From Actinomycetota bacterium (GTDB taxonomy: Bacteria; Actinomycetota; UBA4738; HRBIN12), in NCBI GenBank assembly GCA_005884925.1, contig VAYU01000031.1, forward strand, positions 3,548 to 67,547: a stretch of 64,000 nt of DNA, read 5' to 3'. The notes under the pieces are model-generated. The model was not told where the DNA came from. It made no database searches and saw only the letters and a program-made list of their open reading frames with translations. Numbering within the stretch: position 1 is the first letter of the stretch; every line of letters starts with the position of its first letter. Below, one piece after another: positions 48,149 to 57,607 of the stretch. The position numbers and the translations under genes are program-made.

Positions 48149-49372
48149 ATGACGACGCTGAACCGTCGGACGTTCCTGAAGGGTGTTGGGGTGCTCGGCG
48201 CGGCGAGCCTTGCGGGCCCGGCCATCTCGAAGGACTGGGCGTTCGCGCGCGGGCCGCTCGGAACCCCCATCACCCCGATCGAGCACATCCTGATCGACTG
48301 TCAGGAGAACCGTTCGTTCGACCACTACTTCGGCTACGCGCCGTTCGCCGGAACGTTCGGGCCGCCGGCCGGGTACTCGCAACCCGACGCCACCGGCGTC
48401 GGCGTGGAGCCGTACCGTTTCACCGCCCTGTCCACACCCGATATCGGACACTCGTGGCGCGCCGTGCACGGCGAATGGGACGCCGGCGTGATGGACGGCT
48501 TCCTCACCACGGACGGCATCAACGCGATGGGGTACTACACCGCGCAAGAGTTGCCGTTCTACTACAGCCTCTTCGACGAGTTCACGCTGTGCGGGAACTA
48601 CTTCTGCTCACTGCTCGGGCCGACGTGGCCGAACCGCTTCTACACGGCCGCCGGCACGTCGGGCGGGATCACGACGAACGGCATCTGGGGCTTCGGCGTC
48701 TTCGACTACCCCATCATCCTCGACCTGCTCGACGCGGCCGGCATCACGTGGAAGGTCTACAACCTTGGATGGGACAGCGTGCCGTACGGCAACACGGACA
48801 ACGTCTTCGTCTTCTGGAAGCGGTGGGCGAAGGATCAACGGACGCGCGGCAGCAAGGGCGGCTTCCTGAACGACCTCCGGCGCGACCGGCTCCCCCAGGT
48901 GTCGTTCCTGGTGCCGAGCTATGCGCGCGGTTGGGACGAGCATCCGCCGGCGGACGTCTCGGTCGGCATGGGGATCCAGGAAGAGCTCGTGACGGCGCTT
49001 CGCGCGTCCTCCGCATGGGATACGTCCGCGTACGTCATCACCTACGACGAGCACGGCGGGTACTTCGATCACGTCCCACCGCTGCAGGTCGATGCCTTCG
49101 GGCTGGGGATACGCGTCCCGACGTGGGTGATCTCGCCGTTCGCGAAGCCGGGCCACATCGAGGCGACCCGGTACGACCACGTGTCGACGCTCAAATTCAT
49201 CGAGACCGTGTTCGAGCTGCCGACGCTGGCTTCGGCGAACCATCTCTTCGATTCGTCGACGCCTGGCGGCGCGAACTACGAGGCGGCCAACGGGGCGGCC
49301 ATCGGCCCGCCGGCCCCGCCCCGGGACGCCCTGGAGGAGATCGGCGACCTGACGGAGTGCTTCACGTTCTGA
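48149..49372 (+). CDS. Tat-exported phosphoesterase (phospholipase C/acid phosphatase family)
   Basis: NRRTFLKG Tat motif; QENRSFDHYFG, GPTWPNR, DEHP, TYDEHGGYFDHV, GIRVP. Confidence 0.9.
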   Translation: MTTLNRRTFLKGVGVLGAASLAGPAISKDWAFARGPLGTPITPIEHILIDCQENRSFDHYFGYAPFAGTFGPPAGYSQPDATGVGVEPYRFTALSTPDIGHSWRAVHGEWDAGVMDGFLTTDGINAMGYYTAQELPFYYSLFDEFTLCGNYFCSLLGPTWPNRFYTAAGTSGGITTNGIWGFGVFDYPIILDLLDAAGITWKVYNLGWDSVPYGNTDNVFVFWKRWAKDQRTRGSKGGFLNDLRRDRLPQVSFLVPSYARGWDEHPPADVSVGMGIQEELVTALRASSAWDTSAYVITYDEHGGYFDHVPPLQVDAFGLGIRVPTWVISPFAKPGHIEATRYDHVSTLKFIETVFELPTLASANHLFDSSTPGGANYEAANGAAIGPPAPPRDALEEIGDLTECFTF

Positions 49373-51455
49373 TCGTCGGCCACGACGGGGGGTCACTCGC
49401 CGGTACCGGCACGCGGCCGACGACCGTGGTTCCCCGTCCGGGCGCGCTCTGCAGCTCGAGCGAGCCGCGGACCGCGTCAAGACGGTCGGCCATGCCCTGC
49501 AGGCCGGTGCCGTAGCGCGTGTCGCTCGGCTCGAACCCCGACCCATCGTCCTCGACCTCGAACACGAGCCGGCCGCCCTCCTCCGATAGGCGGACGACGG
49601 CGCGGCTCGCGTTCGCGTACTTCGCCACGTTCTGGAGCGCCTCCAGGCAGCAGAAGTAGGCGACCGCCTCCAGCTCCTGTGGGTACCGGCCGACGCCGTC
49701 GGCCGCGATCTCCACGGGCACGGCCGCCTTGCGCGCCTGGGCCTCGAGCGCCGCGGCGAGCCCCCTGTCCGCGAGCAGCGGCGGGTAGATGCCGCGCGCG
49801 AGGTCCCGGAGCGTCTCGAGCGCCTCCTGCGTCTCCGTCTGGATGTCGGCGAGCATCGACTTCGCCTCCTCGGGGTCCCGGTCGACGAGCCCCTCGGCCA
49901 AGCGCTGCTTCACCGCGAGCGCGACGAGCTGCTGCTGCGCGCCGTCATGGAGGTTCCGCTCCAGCGCCTTCGCGCGCTCGTCCTGCGCCGTGACGATCCG
50001 GCGGCGCGACTCACGGAGTTCCTCGATCAACCGGACGTTGCGCAGCACGAGCGCGGCCTGTGCGGCGACATCGCTCAGCAACTGCTCGCGGTCGGCAGCG
50101 AGCGGTTCGGCCGGCGGCACGATCACGGAGATCGCGCCCAACAGCTCCCCCGCGTACCGCACGGGGAACGCGTGCTCACGCTCGGGGAAGACGAACCGCT
50201 CGGAGTCCCGGATCGGCACGGGCTCCACGGATCCGTTCGACGGCCACGACGCAGCCGGCCGGAGCTCCGATCCGACGCGGATCCATACCCGCGCCTGCGT
50301 CGCGCCCACCCCGTCGGCCAGGATCCTGGCCATCCGCGGTAGCACGTCCTCGGTCGAGTACGTCTCGGAAGCGCGCGCCGTGAAGTCGGTGAGGACCTCG
50401 TACGGCGTCGCGCGCTTGCCGTAGACGAGCCGGTTGGCCAGCCGCCGCCCGCGCTGACGGACCGGCTGGAACGCGACCGCCACGAGCGCCGCGGCGATCG
50501 CGGACAGCAGCGGGCTGCGCTCGTTCCCCACGAGCGCCCCGATCCCGACCACCAGGCCGATGTAGACGACCGTGATGAACGCGACGAGTGTCGCGAAGAC
50601 GACGGTCCTGCCGATCACGACATCGATCTCGTACAGGCGGTACTTGAGGATCGCGCGCGCGATCGCCACGTAGAGGAAGGCCAGGCCGACGTCCGTGAAG
50701 ATGCTGAACACGCCCGAGTCGCCGCCGAATGGGACGCTGATCGCGAACGCGATCGCCGTCAGCCCCGCCGCGGTCGCGAACCATTTCAGTTGGAGCCGTT
50801 CGTCCCCGGCCGAGCCCTTGAACCGGACCACCGTCGATGCGAACGCCGTCAGGATCGTGAGGGGCATCGCCACGATCACGGCGACGAAGAAGACGACCAG
50901 CAACGTGTTCACGGGCCCACTCGTGTTGCCGGTCGAGAACGGATCGTTCCACGACGCCGTGGAGGTGATCAGCGCGACGATCTCGAGCAGCCCGAACAGT
51001 CCGAACACGAAGAGCTCCACCGGCCTCCACCGCGGCGATGGGATCTCACCGGTGGGGAACCAGAGGAACAGGAGCACCAAGGCGGTCAACGGGAGCGGCC
51101 AGAGCACGTTGCCGATCCAGCCGGCGAGGTTCCCACCCGGGACCGATCCCGGGTCGACACGGACCGCGTGCGTGGCGTAGGCGCCGGCGAACTGGCTGAT
51201 CCCGAGGGCGAGGCCGACCGTGAGGAACAACCATCCGATGCGGTTCTCGGCCCGCCGGGTGACGAGCAGCACCCCGAGGGCAGGTGTTCCGAGGTTCACA
51301 GCTGCGTCGAGGACCGCCGAGAACTTCCACGATTGCACGCCCGCGGGGAGGCTGGCCTCGCGGTCGATGAACAGGAGGACGAGGGCACCGAGCATCAGCA
51401 CGGTGGAGAGCACGCCCACGATCACGGCCAGGCGACGGACCTTCGATGAGTTCAC
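49362..51455 (-). CDS. Multi-TM sensor histidine kinase (HisKA_3)
   Basis: Many TMs, ERLQLKWF, ILKYRLYEID; LERNLHDGAQQ, EALQNVAKYA, DDGSGF, GTGLQGMADR. Confidence 0.92.
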   Translation of the reverse strand: MNSSKVRRLAVIVGVLSTVLMLGALVLLFIDREASLPAGVQSWKFSAVLDAAVNLGTPALGVLLVTRRAENRIGWLFLTVGLALGISQFAGAYATHAVRVDPGSVPGGNLAGWIGNVLWPLPLTALVLLFLWFPTGEIPSPRWRPVELFVFGLFGLLEIVALITSTASWNDPFSTGNTSGPVNTLLVVFFVAVIVAMPLTILTAFASTVVRFKGSAGDERLQLKWFATAAGLTAIAFAISVPFGGDSGVFSIFTDVGLAFLYVAIARAILKYRLYEIDVVIGRTVVFATLVAFITVVYIGLVVGIGALVGNERSPLLSAIAAALVAVAFQPVRQRGRRLANRLVYGKRATPYEVLTDFTARASETYSTEDVLPRMARILADGVGATQARVWIRVGSELRPAASWPSNGSVEPVPIRDSERFVFPEREHAFPVRYAGELLGAISVIVPPAEPLAADREQLLSDVAAQAALVLRNVRLIEELRESRRRIVTAQDERAKALERNLHDGAQQQLVALAVKQRLAEGLVDRDPEEAKSMLADIQTETQEALETLRDLARGIYPPLLADRGLAAALEAQARKAAVPVEIAADGVGRYPQELEAVAYFCCLEALQNVAKYANASRAVVRLSEEGGRLVFEVEDDGSGFEPSDTRYGTGLQGMADRLDAVRGSLELQSAPGRGTTVVGRVPVPASDPPSWPTIRT

Positions 51456-51555
51456 CGTCGTGATTGTGCCCCCGTTCGAGCGGGGGAGGGAGCCCTGCTA
51501 GCGCGAGCTTCCTCTGTGGGGCGAGCACCCCCGGCGGCTCTCCAGCTGCGGCGCG

Positions 51556-51834
51556 GTGCAACCCGCGGGCTCGCGGTTCGCCACGGTGAGGATCGGCGGC
51601 GCTTCGTGGCAGGTATGGGCCACGCGGATGAGCGGGTGGAACTACGTCGCCTACCGGCGGACCCGCGGGACCGCGTCGGTCCGCGCGCTGAACATCCGCG
51701 CGTTCCTGAACGACAGCGTGGCTCGCGGTTCGACGAAGGCCGGTTGGTACCTGATCGGGGCCCAGGCCGGGTTCGAGATCTGGAAGGGCGGCAAGGGCCT
51801 CGGAACGAGATCGTTCTCGTTCTCAGCGTCCTGA
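51556..51834 (+). pseudogene. C-terminal remnant of a GH12 endoglucanase
   Basis: VQPAGS..TVRIGGASWQVW...WYLIGAQAGFEIW; N-terminal half and signal peptide missing. Confidence 0.7.
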
Positions 51835-51840
51835 GGCTCC

Positions 51841-52269
51841 TCACCACCTGGTGAGGGGTCCCGTCATCGCGAACCGCAGGCTCGTTCCGACCCATCCGAA
51901 CATCCCGAACAAGACGAGCGAAGCGCCCAAGATCTCGACGTTCCGGTAGAAGGCCAAAGCCTGCGCCCGTCGCTGCGCGGGATCCTCGATCGTCCAGAAG
52001 CGGTGGAAGTACGCGGCGGCAGGGATCACGAACGCGCCGAGCATCAGGGCGCCGATGTCGGGCCAGATCCCCAAGACGATCGAAGCCGAGCCGGTCCACA
52101 GCCACACGCCCGAAGGCCACCCCGCCAGGTACGGGAAGGGGAGGCCGACCTTCTCCGCGGTCGTGATCATCACGCCGCGCTTCGTGAGATGGCCCCAGCC
52201 CGACCGCACGAAGAAGATCGAGTACAGCACCCGTCCCACGAGGATGATCGCTCCGACGCCCGCGCTCAC
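51841..52269 (-). CDS. DoxX family membrane protein
   Basis: LVGRVL...SGWGH, FHRFW, AFYRNV. Confidence 0.85.
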   Translation of the reverse strand: MSAGVGAIILVGRVLYSIFFVRSGWGHLTKRGVMITTAEKVGLPFPYLAGWPSGVWLWTGSASIVLGIWPDIGALMLGAFVIPAAAYFHRFWTIEDPAQRRAQALAFYRNVEILGASLVLFGMFGWVGTSLRFAMTGPLTRW

Positions 52270-53619
52270 CTACGTCACCACTCGGTACAGGCGCCACCGG
52301 TCGGGCACGCCCTTCAGCTCGTGCTCGCCGGCATCCTCGAACGAAAGACCGCTGCCGGCGACGAGGTCTTTCACGGTGCTCGATACGAGGATCTCCGAGG
52401 GACCGGCCAGTGCGCTCACTCGCGCCCCGATGTGCACGGCGATCCCTCGCACGTCGCCCGCCGCGAGCTCGATCTCGCCGGTGTGACAACCGGTGCGGAT
52501 CTCCATCCCGAGCTCGCGAACCGAAGCACCGATCGCCTGCGCGCACCGCACCGCCCTCGCCGGGCCGTCGAACGTCGCGAAGAACCCGTCGCCGGTCGTG
52601 TCGATCTCGCGACCCCGGAACCGTTCGAGCTGCCGGCGGATCCGCGCGTTGTGCTGATCGAGAAGCTCTCGCCATCCTCGATCGCCCAGCCTCGAGGCCC
52701 TCTCGGTCGAGCCCACGATGTCCGTGAACAACACGGTGGCGAGGACCCGATCCGGTTCCGCCGAGTGCCGAGATCCCGTCAGGAACTCTTCCACCTCCTC
52801 GGCAACGTCCTCGGCCCCTTCGAACAAGTTGTGCTTGTCACCGGGAAGCTCAACGAAGCGCGCGCCTGGGATCCTCGCGGCGGCGGCTCTCGCGTGCTCG
52901 ATCGGCTCGAGGATGTCACCTGTTCGGTGCAGTACGAGGGTTGGGACTCGGATCGTCGCGAAGACGGGCCACGGGTCGATCTCATGCCATATCCGGAGCA
53001 TCTCCTTCGCTGAGGTGGGGCTCGCTGCGAGCTGGAGGAAGACCTCGTACCAGGCCAGGAAGATGTCGTCCTCGGCGAGTGAAGGATGCGACACCTTCAT
53101 GTCCCATCGCGCGTACGCACGGGTGCCCCAGTGTTCGTCCACGTGACGGTAGAGCTCTTCGAGGAAGGGGACCCGCTCTGGCGACGGTTGCGCGAGACCG
53201 ACATCGGGGGAACCCGGATCCATCCCGTAGAGCACGACCGCGTCGGCCCGATCCGGATGGGTGGCGGCGAACATGGAGCACACGAAGCACCCGTCCTCCG
53301 TGCCGAGGAGCACGATCCGTTCCGAGCCGACGGCATCCATCACGGTCACGAGGTCGTCCGCCAGATCCTCGAGCGGCGGAAGGTCCTGCGGCGAGAAGCG
53401 GTCGGACAGCCCCGTGCCGCGCCTGTCGACGAGGATCAGCCGCGAGAACGACGCGAGCTGCTCGAGGAAGCGGGCGTAGGAGGGCAGTTCCCATTGCCAG
53501 AACAGGTTCGACGTGTAGCCGGGAAGATAGAGCAGGTCGATCGGACCGTCGCCGAGGACCTGGTATGCGATGTAGACACCCTCAGAGGTCTTCGCGTACC
53601 TGGTCTCCGGTCTCTCCAC
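52270..53619 (-). CDS. Alpha/beta-hydrolase + class III nucleotide cyclase fusion (Rv1900c/LipJ-like), paralog 1
   Basis: ETRYA..IAYQV.GDGP, DRRGTGLSD; ATVLFTDIVGST, DTTGDGF, GCHTGE, GIAVHIGARV, HELKGVP. Confidence 0.93.
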   Translation of the reverse strand: MERPETRYAKTSEGVYIAYQVLGDGPIDLLYLPGYTSNLFWQWELPSYARFLEQLASFSRLILVDRRGTGLSDRFSPQDLPPLEDLADDLVTVMDAVGSERIVLLGTEDGCFVCSMFAATHPDRADAVVLYGMDPGSPDVGLAQPSPERVPFLEELYRHVDEHWGTRAYARWDMKVSHPSLAEDDIFLAWYEVFLQLAASPTSAKEMLRIWHEIDPWPVFATIRVPTLVLHRTGDILEPIEHARAAAARIPGARFVELPGDKHNLFEGAEDVAEEVEEFLTGSRHSAEPDRVLATVLFTDIVGSTERASRLGDRGWRELLDQHNARIRRQLERFRGREIDTTGDGFFATFDGPARAVRCAQAIGASVRELGMEIRTGCHTGEIELAAGDVRGIAVHIGARVSALAGPSEILVSSTVKDLVAGSGLSFEDAGEHELKGVPDRWRLYRVVT

Positions 53620-53650
53620 CGTTCGGATCCCTTCCCCGGACGGAACCGCG

Positions 53651-53710
53651 TTACGTCACCGCACGGTCGAGATGCCAGCGGTCGGCCACGCCCTTCAGCT
53701 CATGCTCGCT
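53651..53710 (-). pseudogene. Orphan 3' end of another cyclase paralog
   Basis: Encodes SEHELKGVADRWHLDRAVT*, an imperfect direct repeat of the last ~60 bp of paralog 1 (GEHELKGVPDRWRLYRVVT*). Confidence 0.8.
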
Positions 53711-53784
53711 CTTGGTTCGTCTTCGGAGGAGCCACGCGCATCCTGCCCCCGCCGGGACGGCGCGGCAACCGGCGCGCCAGAGCG

Positions 53785-54348
53785 CTACGGGTGCCCGACG
53801 CGATACGTCAGGAAGACGAAGCGTTCGTCATGTTCGACGGCCTGCAGCGTCAGTCGCTCGGCGCCGAGGCGCCGCGGAAGGAGCGGCGCCCCGGCGCCGA
53901 GCATCACCGGCGCGACCCCGAGCAGGATCTCGTCGAGGAGACCTCGGTCGCCGAACTGGCCCACCAGGTCGCCGCCGCCGACGAGCCAGATGTTCCGGCC
54001 GTCGGCGGCGGCGACCATCTGTTCGTGGATGGGCCCGACATCGCCCCGGACGAACGACAGCGCGGCCGCGGGGACCGGAGGCAGGTCTCGGTGCGTGAAC
54101 ACCCAGCACGGCGTGTCGCCGTAGAACTCGCGCCACTTCCCCGGATCGTCGAGCAGCCCCTCGTGCGCGAGGACCCACTCGTACGTCGTCGCGCCCATCG
54201 CCATCGCGCCGACATCGGCGAAGAAGCGGCCGAACCGATCGTCGGCGATACCGTTCGACGCGGCCTGGAAGAGCCACTCGAGTGAGTTATCCGCATCGGC
54301 GATGAAGCCATCGATGCTGGTCGCCGTGTAGTACTGGGTCTTCGTCAT
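53785..54348 (-). CDS. Dihydrofolate reductase/RibD C-terminal family protein
   Basis: ATSIDGFIAD, MGATTY, IWLVGGG, LLDEI, PVMLGAG. Confidence 0.92.
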   Translation of the reverse strand: MTKTQYYTATSIDGFIADADNSLEWLFQAASNGIADDRFGRFFADVGAMAMGATTYEWVLAHEGLLDDPGKWREFYGDTPCWVFTHRDLPPVPAAALSFVRGDVGPIHEQMVAAADGRNIWLVGGGDLVGQFGDRGLLDEILLGVAPVMLGAGAPLLPRRLGAERLTLQAVEHDERFVFLTYRVGHP

Positions 54349-54713
54349 CCTGAGGGTCGGCGCGCCGAGTGCTCCTGGAGCCGCACCTCGACGATCTTCT
54401 TCACCAACACGGCGGGGATCGGCGCGTCCGCCGGGAAGCGAAGCGTTCCCTTCCCGGAGAAGTACGGCGTGAGCTCGTCGCCGAGCGCCTGCATGACCGC
54501 AGTGCTGGCGGGATAGAGGCTGCAATGGTCCTTGAACGCGGCGTAGGACACCAGGAACCGACCATCCTGTTCGAACGCCGGCATCGCGTAGCTGATCTTC
54601 TCGGTCGCCTGGGGTGCGGCGGCTCCGATCGTCTGTCGGAGCTCCTCCAGCGCGGCGCGCTGCTCATCCGGAAGGGCGGCAAGGTAGTCCCCGATGCTGG
54701 TCGGTGCGGCCAT
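54345..54713 (-). CDS. DUF1801 (YdhG-like) protein
   Basis: IGDYLAALP, EKISYAMP, AAFKDHCSLYP, KGTLRF. Confidence 0.9.
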   Translation of the reverse strand: MAAPTSIGDYLAALPDEQRAALEELRQTIGAAAPQATEKISYAMPAFEQDGRFLVSYAAFKDHCSLYPASTAVMQALGDELTPYFSGKGTLRFPADAPIPAVLVKKIVEVRLQEHSARRPSG

Positions 54714-54894
54714 CCGGGCCTCCTTGTTCGTGGCGCGAACGAGGGCTTCACCCTTTCACGAGGATGCCGGTAGCGTAAGGCCTTGCGTGCCGCCACCCCC
54801 GAGGCGGCAGAGGAGGGGAAGCGGCGGCGATACCTGCCCGTACCTGGGCGGGCTCGATCAGAACATCTACGGCGCGGTCACGCCGTAGATCGCG

Positions 54895-55150
54895 GGATGC
54901 CGAAGGGCCGGGCCCAAACGGGCCCGGCCCTTCGGTTCGCATTCGCCTCTCGAGCACTTCCGCCTCTCTCGAGGCTCGTCCGGTAGACCAGCCGGAACCC
55001 GGAGGTCGGTGAACTGGTGTGGATTCTGCCGGGTCACCCGGCAAAACCGGGCGGGGCGGTGGCCCCGGCCCAAGAGTGACGGCTCAGCAGCCAGTCACCT
55101 CGAGGGTCTCACGCTGTTCATGCAAGCAGGACCACCTCCTTCCTCTCGTG
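54895..55150 (-). ncRNA. Putative structured small RNA carrying a 13-codon ORF
   Basis: Bounded by promoter and hairpin; several internal stems; SD AAGGAGGTG; TTG-started MHEQRETLEVTGC* at 55125-55084. Confidence 0.6.
54900..54935 (-). terminator. 16-bp perfect hairpin ending the putative sRNA
   Basis: CCGAAGGGCCGGGCCC-aaac-GGGCCCGGCCCTTCGG. Confidence 0.75.
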
Positions 55151-55155
55151 CGCAC

Positions 55156-55184
55156 ATGGTGCCGCGGACCCGCGCGTATGGCAA
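55156..55184 (-). promoter_or_regulatory. Housekeeping-sigma promoter of the putative sRNA
   Basis: Minus strand TTGCCA-N17-CACCAT. Confidence 0.55.
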
Positions 55185-55228
55185 CCACCGGCCGGGGCCG
55201 GCCCGGCCGACGCCGGTAGGATGCGCCG

Positions 55229-56659
55229 ATGGCCGCCCCCGATCCCGCCGAGCTCCCGAAGATCATCGATCTGGCGTCGCGTGAGGCTGCGCGGTACCTC
55301 GAGTCCATCGCCGATCGGAACGTGCGTGATCCCCGGGCCGAGGAGGTGGCCGCGTCCTTCCGCGGCGAGCTCCTGGAGGACGGCGTCGGCGCAGAGCGGG
55401 CACTCGAGGAGCTCGTCGCCGGCATCGACGGCGCCGTGCATTCGGCCGGGCCGAGGTTCTTCCACTTCGTGAACGGGGGCGCGACGCCTGCGGCGTTGGG
55501 CGCGGACTGGCTCGCGAGCGCGCTCGATCAGAACACCGGGGCCTGGGTCGCGTCGCCGCTCGGCGGCGAGCTCGAGTGGATCGCTCTGAGCTGGCTGCGT
55601 GATCTGTTCGGATTGCCGGCCGAGTGGGGCGGCGTGCTCACGACCGGCGCCACGATGGCGAACTTCGTCGCGCTCGCGTGCGCGCGCCGGTGGTGCGGGC
55701 TGCGGCACGGTGTCGACGTCGACGATGTCGGGCTGTCGGGGCTGCCACCCATCCACGTGTTCGGCAGCGGGTACGTCCATCCGAGCGACGTGAAGGCGCT
55801 CGGGATGCTCGGCATCGGGCGCGCCCAGGTGCACAAGCTCGCTCGCGACGGCATCGGTCGCCTCGACGTCGAGGCGCTCGATGCCGCGCTCGCGGAGCTG
55901 GACGGCGCTCCATCGATCGTGATCGGAAGCGCCGGCGAGGTGAACGCCGGCGATTTCGATCCGATCGCGACGATGGCCGACCTGGCGGAGCGGTACGGCG
56001 CGTGGTTCCACGTCGATGGTGCGTTCGGGCTGTTCGCGGCGCTGTCGGACCGAACCCGTCATCTCGTCGAGGGCATCGAGCGCGCCGACTCCGTGATCGC
56101 CGATGGCCACAAGTGGCTGAACGTCCCGTACGACTGCGGGTTCGCGTTCGTCCGCGATCCGTCGCTGCAGCCGAGCGTGTTCGGGGAGGGCGCCGCCTAC
56201 CTGCCGGCGTTGGACGACCCCAAACCGAACTGGGGTTACCTCGGTCCCGAGATGTCCCGGCGCTGCCGGGCGTTCGCCGTGTGGGCGACGCTCCGCGCGT
56301 ACGGGCGGAACGGGCATCGGGCGATCGTCGAGCGGAGCCTCGACCTCGCGCAGCGGCTCGCCGCCATGGTGGACGAGGCGGACGACCTCGAGCGCCTGGC
56401 CGACGTTCCGCTCAACATCGTGTGCTTCCGTGCCCATCCGAGGGGCGTCCCCGAGGATCGGCTCGATGAACTCAACCGCAGGATCGCTGCGGCCGTGATC
56501 GCGGACGGGCGGGTGTTCTTCGGGGCGACCGCGTACGACGGGAAGGCGGCCTTCCGCCCGGCGCCGGTGAACTGGCGCAACCGCCCGGAGGACATGGATC
56601 TGATCGCAACGGTGGTTCGGGAGCTGGCGGCAGAGCTGGCTCCGACCCGCTCGTCGTGA
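55229..56659 (+). CDS. Group II PLP-dependent amino acid decarboxylase
   Basis: PRFFHFV, TTGATMAN, AGEVNAGDFD, FHVDGAFG, DGHKWLNVPYDCG, NIVCFR. Confidence 0.92.
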   Translation: MAAPDPAELPKIIDLASREAARYLESIADRNVRDPRAEEVAASFRGELLEDGVGAERALEELVAGIDGAVHSAGPRFFHFVNGGATPAALGADWLASALDQNTGAWVASPLGGELEWIALSWLRDLFGLPAEWGGVLTTGATMANFVALACARRWCGLRHGVDVDDVGLSGLPPIHVFGSGYVHPSDVKALGMLGIGRAQVHKLARDGIGRLDVEALDAALAELDGAPSIVIGSAGEVNAGDFDPIATMADLAERYGAWFHVDGAFGLFAALSDRTRHLVEGIERADSVIADGHKWLNVPYDCGFAFVRDPSLQPSVFGEGAAYLPALDDPKPNWGYLGPEMSRRCRAFAVWATLRAYGRNGHRAIVERSLDLAQRLAAMVDEADDLERLADVPLNIVCFRAHPRGVPEDRLDELNRRIAAAVIADGRVFFGATAYDGKAAFRPAPVNWRNRPEDMDLIATVVRELAAELAPTRSS

Positions 56660-56743
56660 TGGCCTGAGCTCGCACCATCCTGGCGTTACATCCTCCCACG
56701 CCCCGGCGGAGACCTGGGTCGATCCGACCGAGGAGACATCTCT

Positions 56744-56842
56744 GTGGCCGACGTTCGACGCATCTCTCCAGCCGAGCGCTCGGAGGGAGAGCCGACGCCC
56801 GGGATGATCGGGGAAGAGGCGGTCACGACCGCGATGATGTGA
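56744..56842 (+). pseudogene. N-terminal remnant of a cupin-type protein
   Basis: SD GAGGAG then VADVRRISPAERSEGEPTPGMIGEEAVTTAMM* followed by AG; resembles the TPGM.RE.A...MWAG start of small cupins with TGG changed to TGA. Confidence 0.45.
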
Positions 56843-56878
56843 GCCGGCCGGTTCGGACGGTCGCAGGTGGCGGTCGAG

Positions 56879-57606
56879 CTACGCGATGGTTTGCGCGAGG
56901 ATGTGGCGGTACGCGTACTCGTCGTCGTGCCACGGGCCTTCCAGCTCGTCGAGGATCGCGAACCCTGCCCCACCGAGCCATGCCCTCACCTCGTCGAGGC
57001 TCGGGTAGTAGTGGTAGTAGGCGGGCGACCCGTCGGACGCCTCCCACATCACCTCGCCGTCGACGACCGGGAGCCCGGCTCCGCGGGCCGCGTCATTCAT
57101 CGAGCGGATCTCTTCCGGCGGCACCAGCTCGACCGTGAGGTACAGCCGCCCCGGCCGATGGAGAGCGTCTCGGAACCGCTCCAGGACGCGGGCCAGTCCT
57201 CCGGTGGCACGAACTCCATCGCGTCGACGCACATCACGCCATCGAACCGGTCCCGGTACGGCAGATCCTGGAGGTCGTGCTTCTCGATCGTGGCGTCCGA
57301 GAAACTCGCCTGGGTCTTCGCGAGGTGGACGGCGGACGCGTCGACCGCCATCACCGATCTGCCGCTCGCGAGGACCGCGCCGACATACCTGCCGATGCCA
57401 CACGCCGCATCGAGCACCGATCCGCCGGGCGGGAGCATCGAGAGCAACCGGTCGACGTAGACCCTGTGGGCGTCGTCGGTCTCGCGCCAGTACGGCTCGT
57501 TCGCGGTGTCGGTGGCGTCTTCCTGGCGCTCGTTCTCGCGCCGGAGCTCGTACAGCCATGCCGCCCTGCCGGCGGCCGACGACGACCCTCGATGGCGCTC
57601 GCCCAT
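56879..57606 (-). pseudogene. Class I SAM-dependent methyltransferase, frameshifted
   Basis: VLDAACGIG...MEFVPPEDWP in one frame continues as RVLERFRDAL..G.LYLTVE in another; one base missing near 57190. Confidence 0.8.
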
Positions 57607-57607
57607 C

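Noticed and set aside
55095-55121. Alternative micro-ORF MNSVRPSR* in the putative sRNA
   Set aside because: SD-to-ATG spacing of 13 nt is less favourable than 9 nt for the TTG frame; not fully excluded
56840-56842. TGA in the cupin fragment as selenocysteine or recoded Trp
   Set aside because: TGA serves as a normal stop throughout the window and the downstream frame does not continue as a cupin
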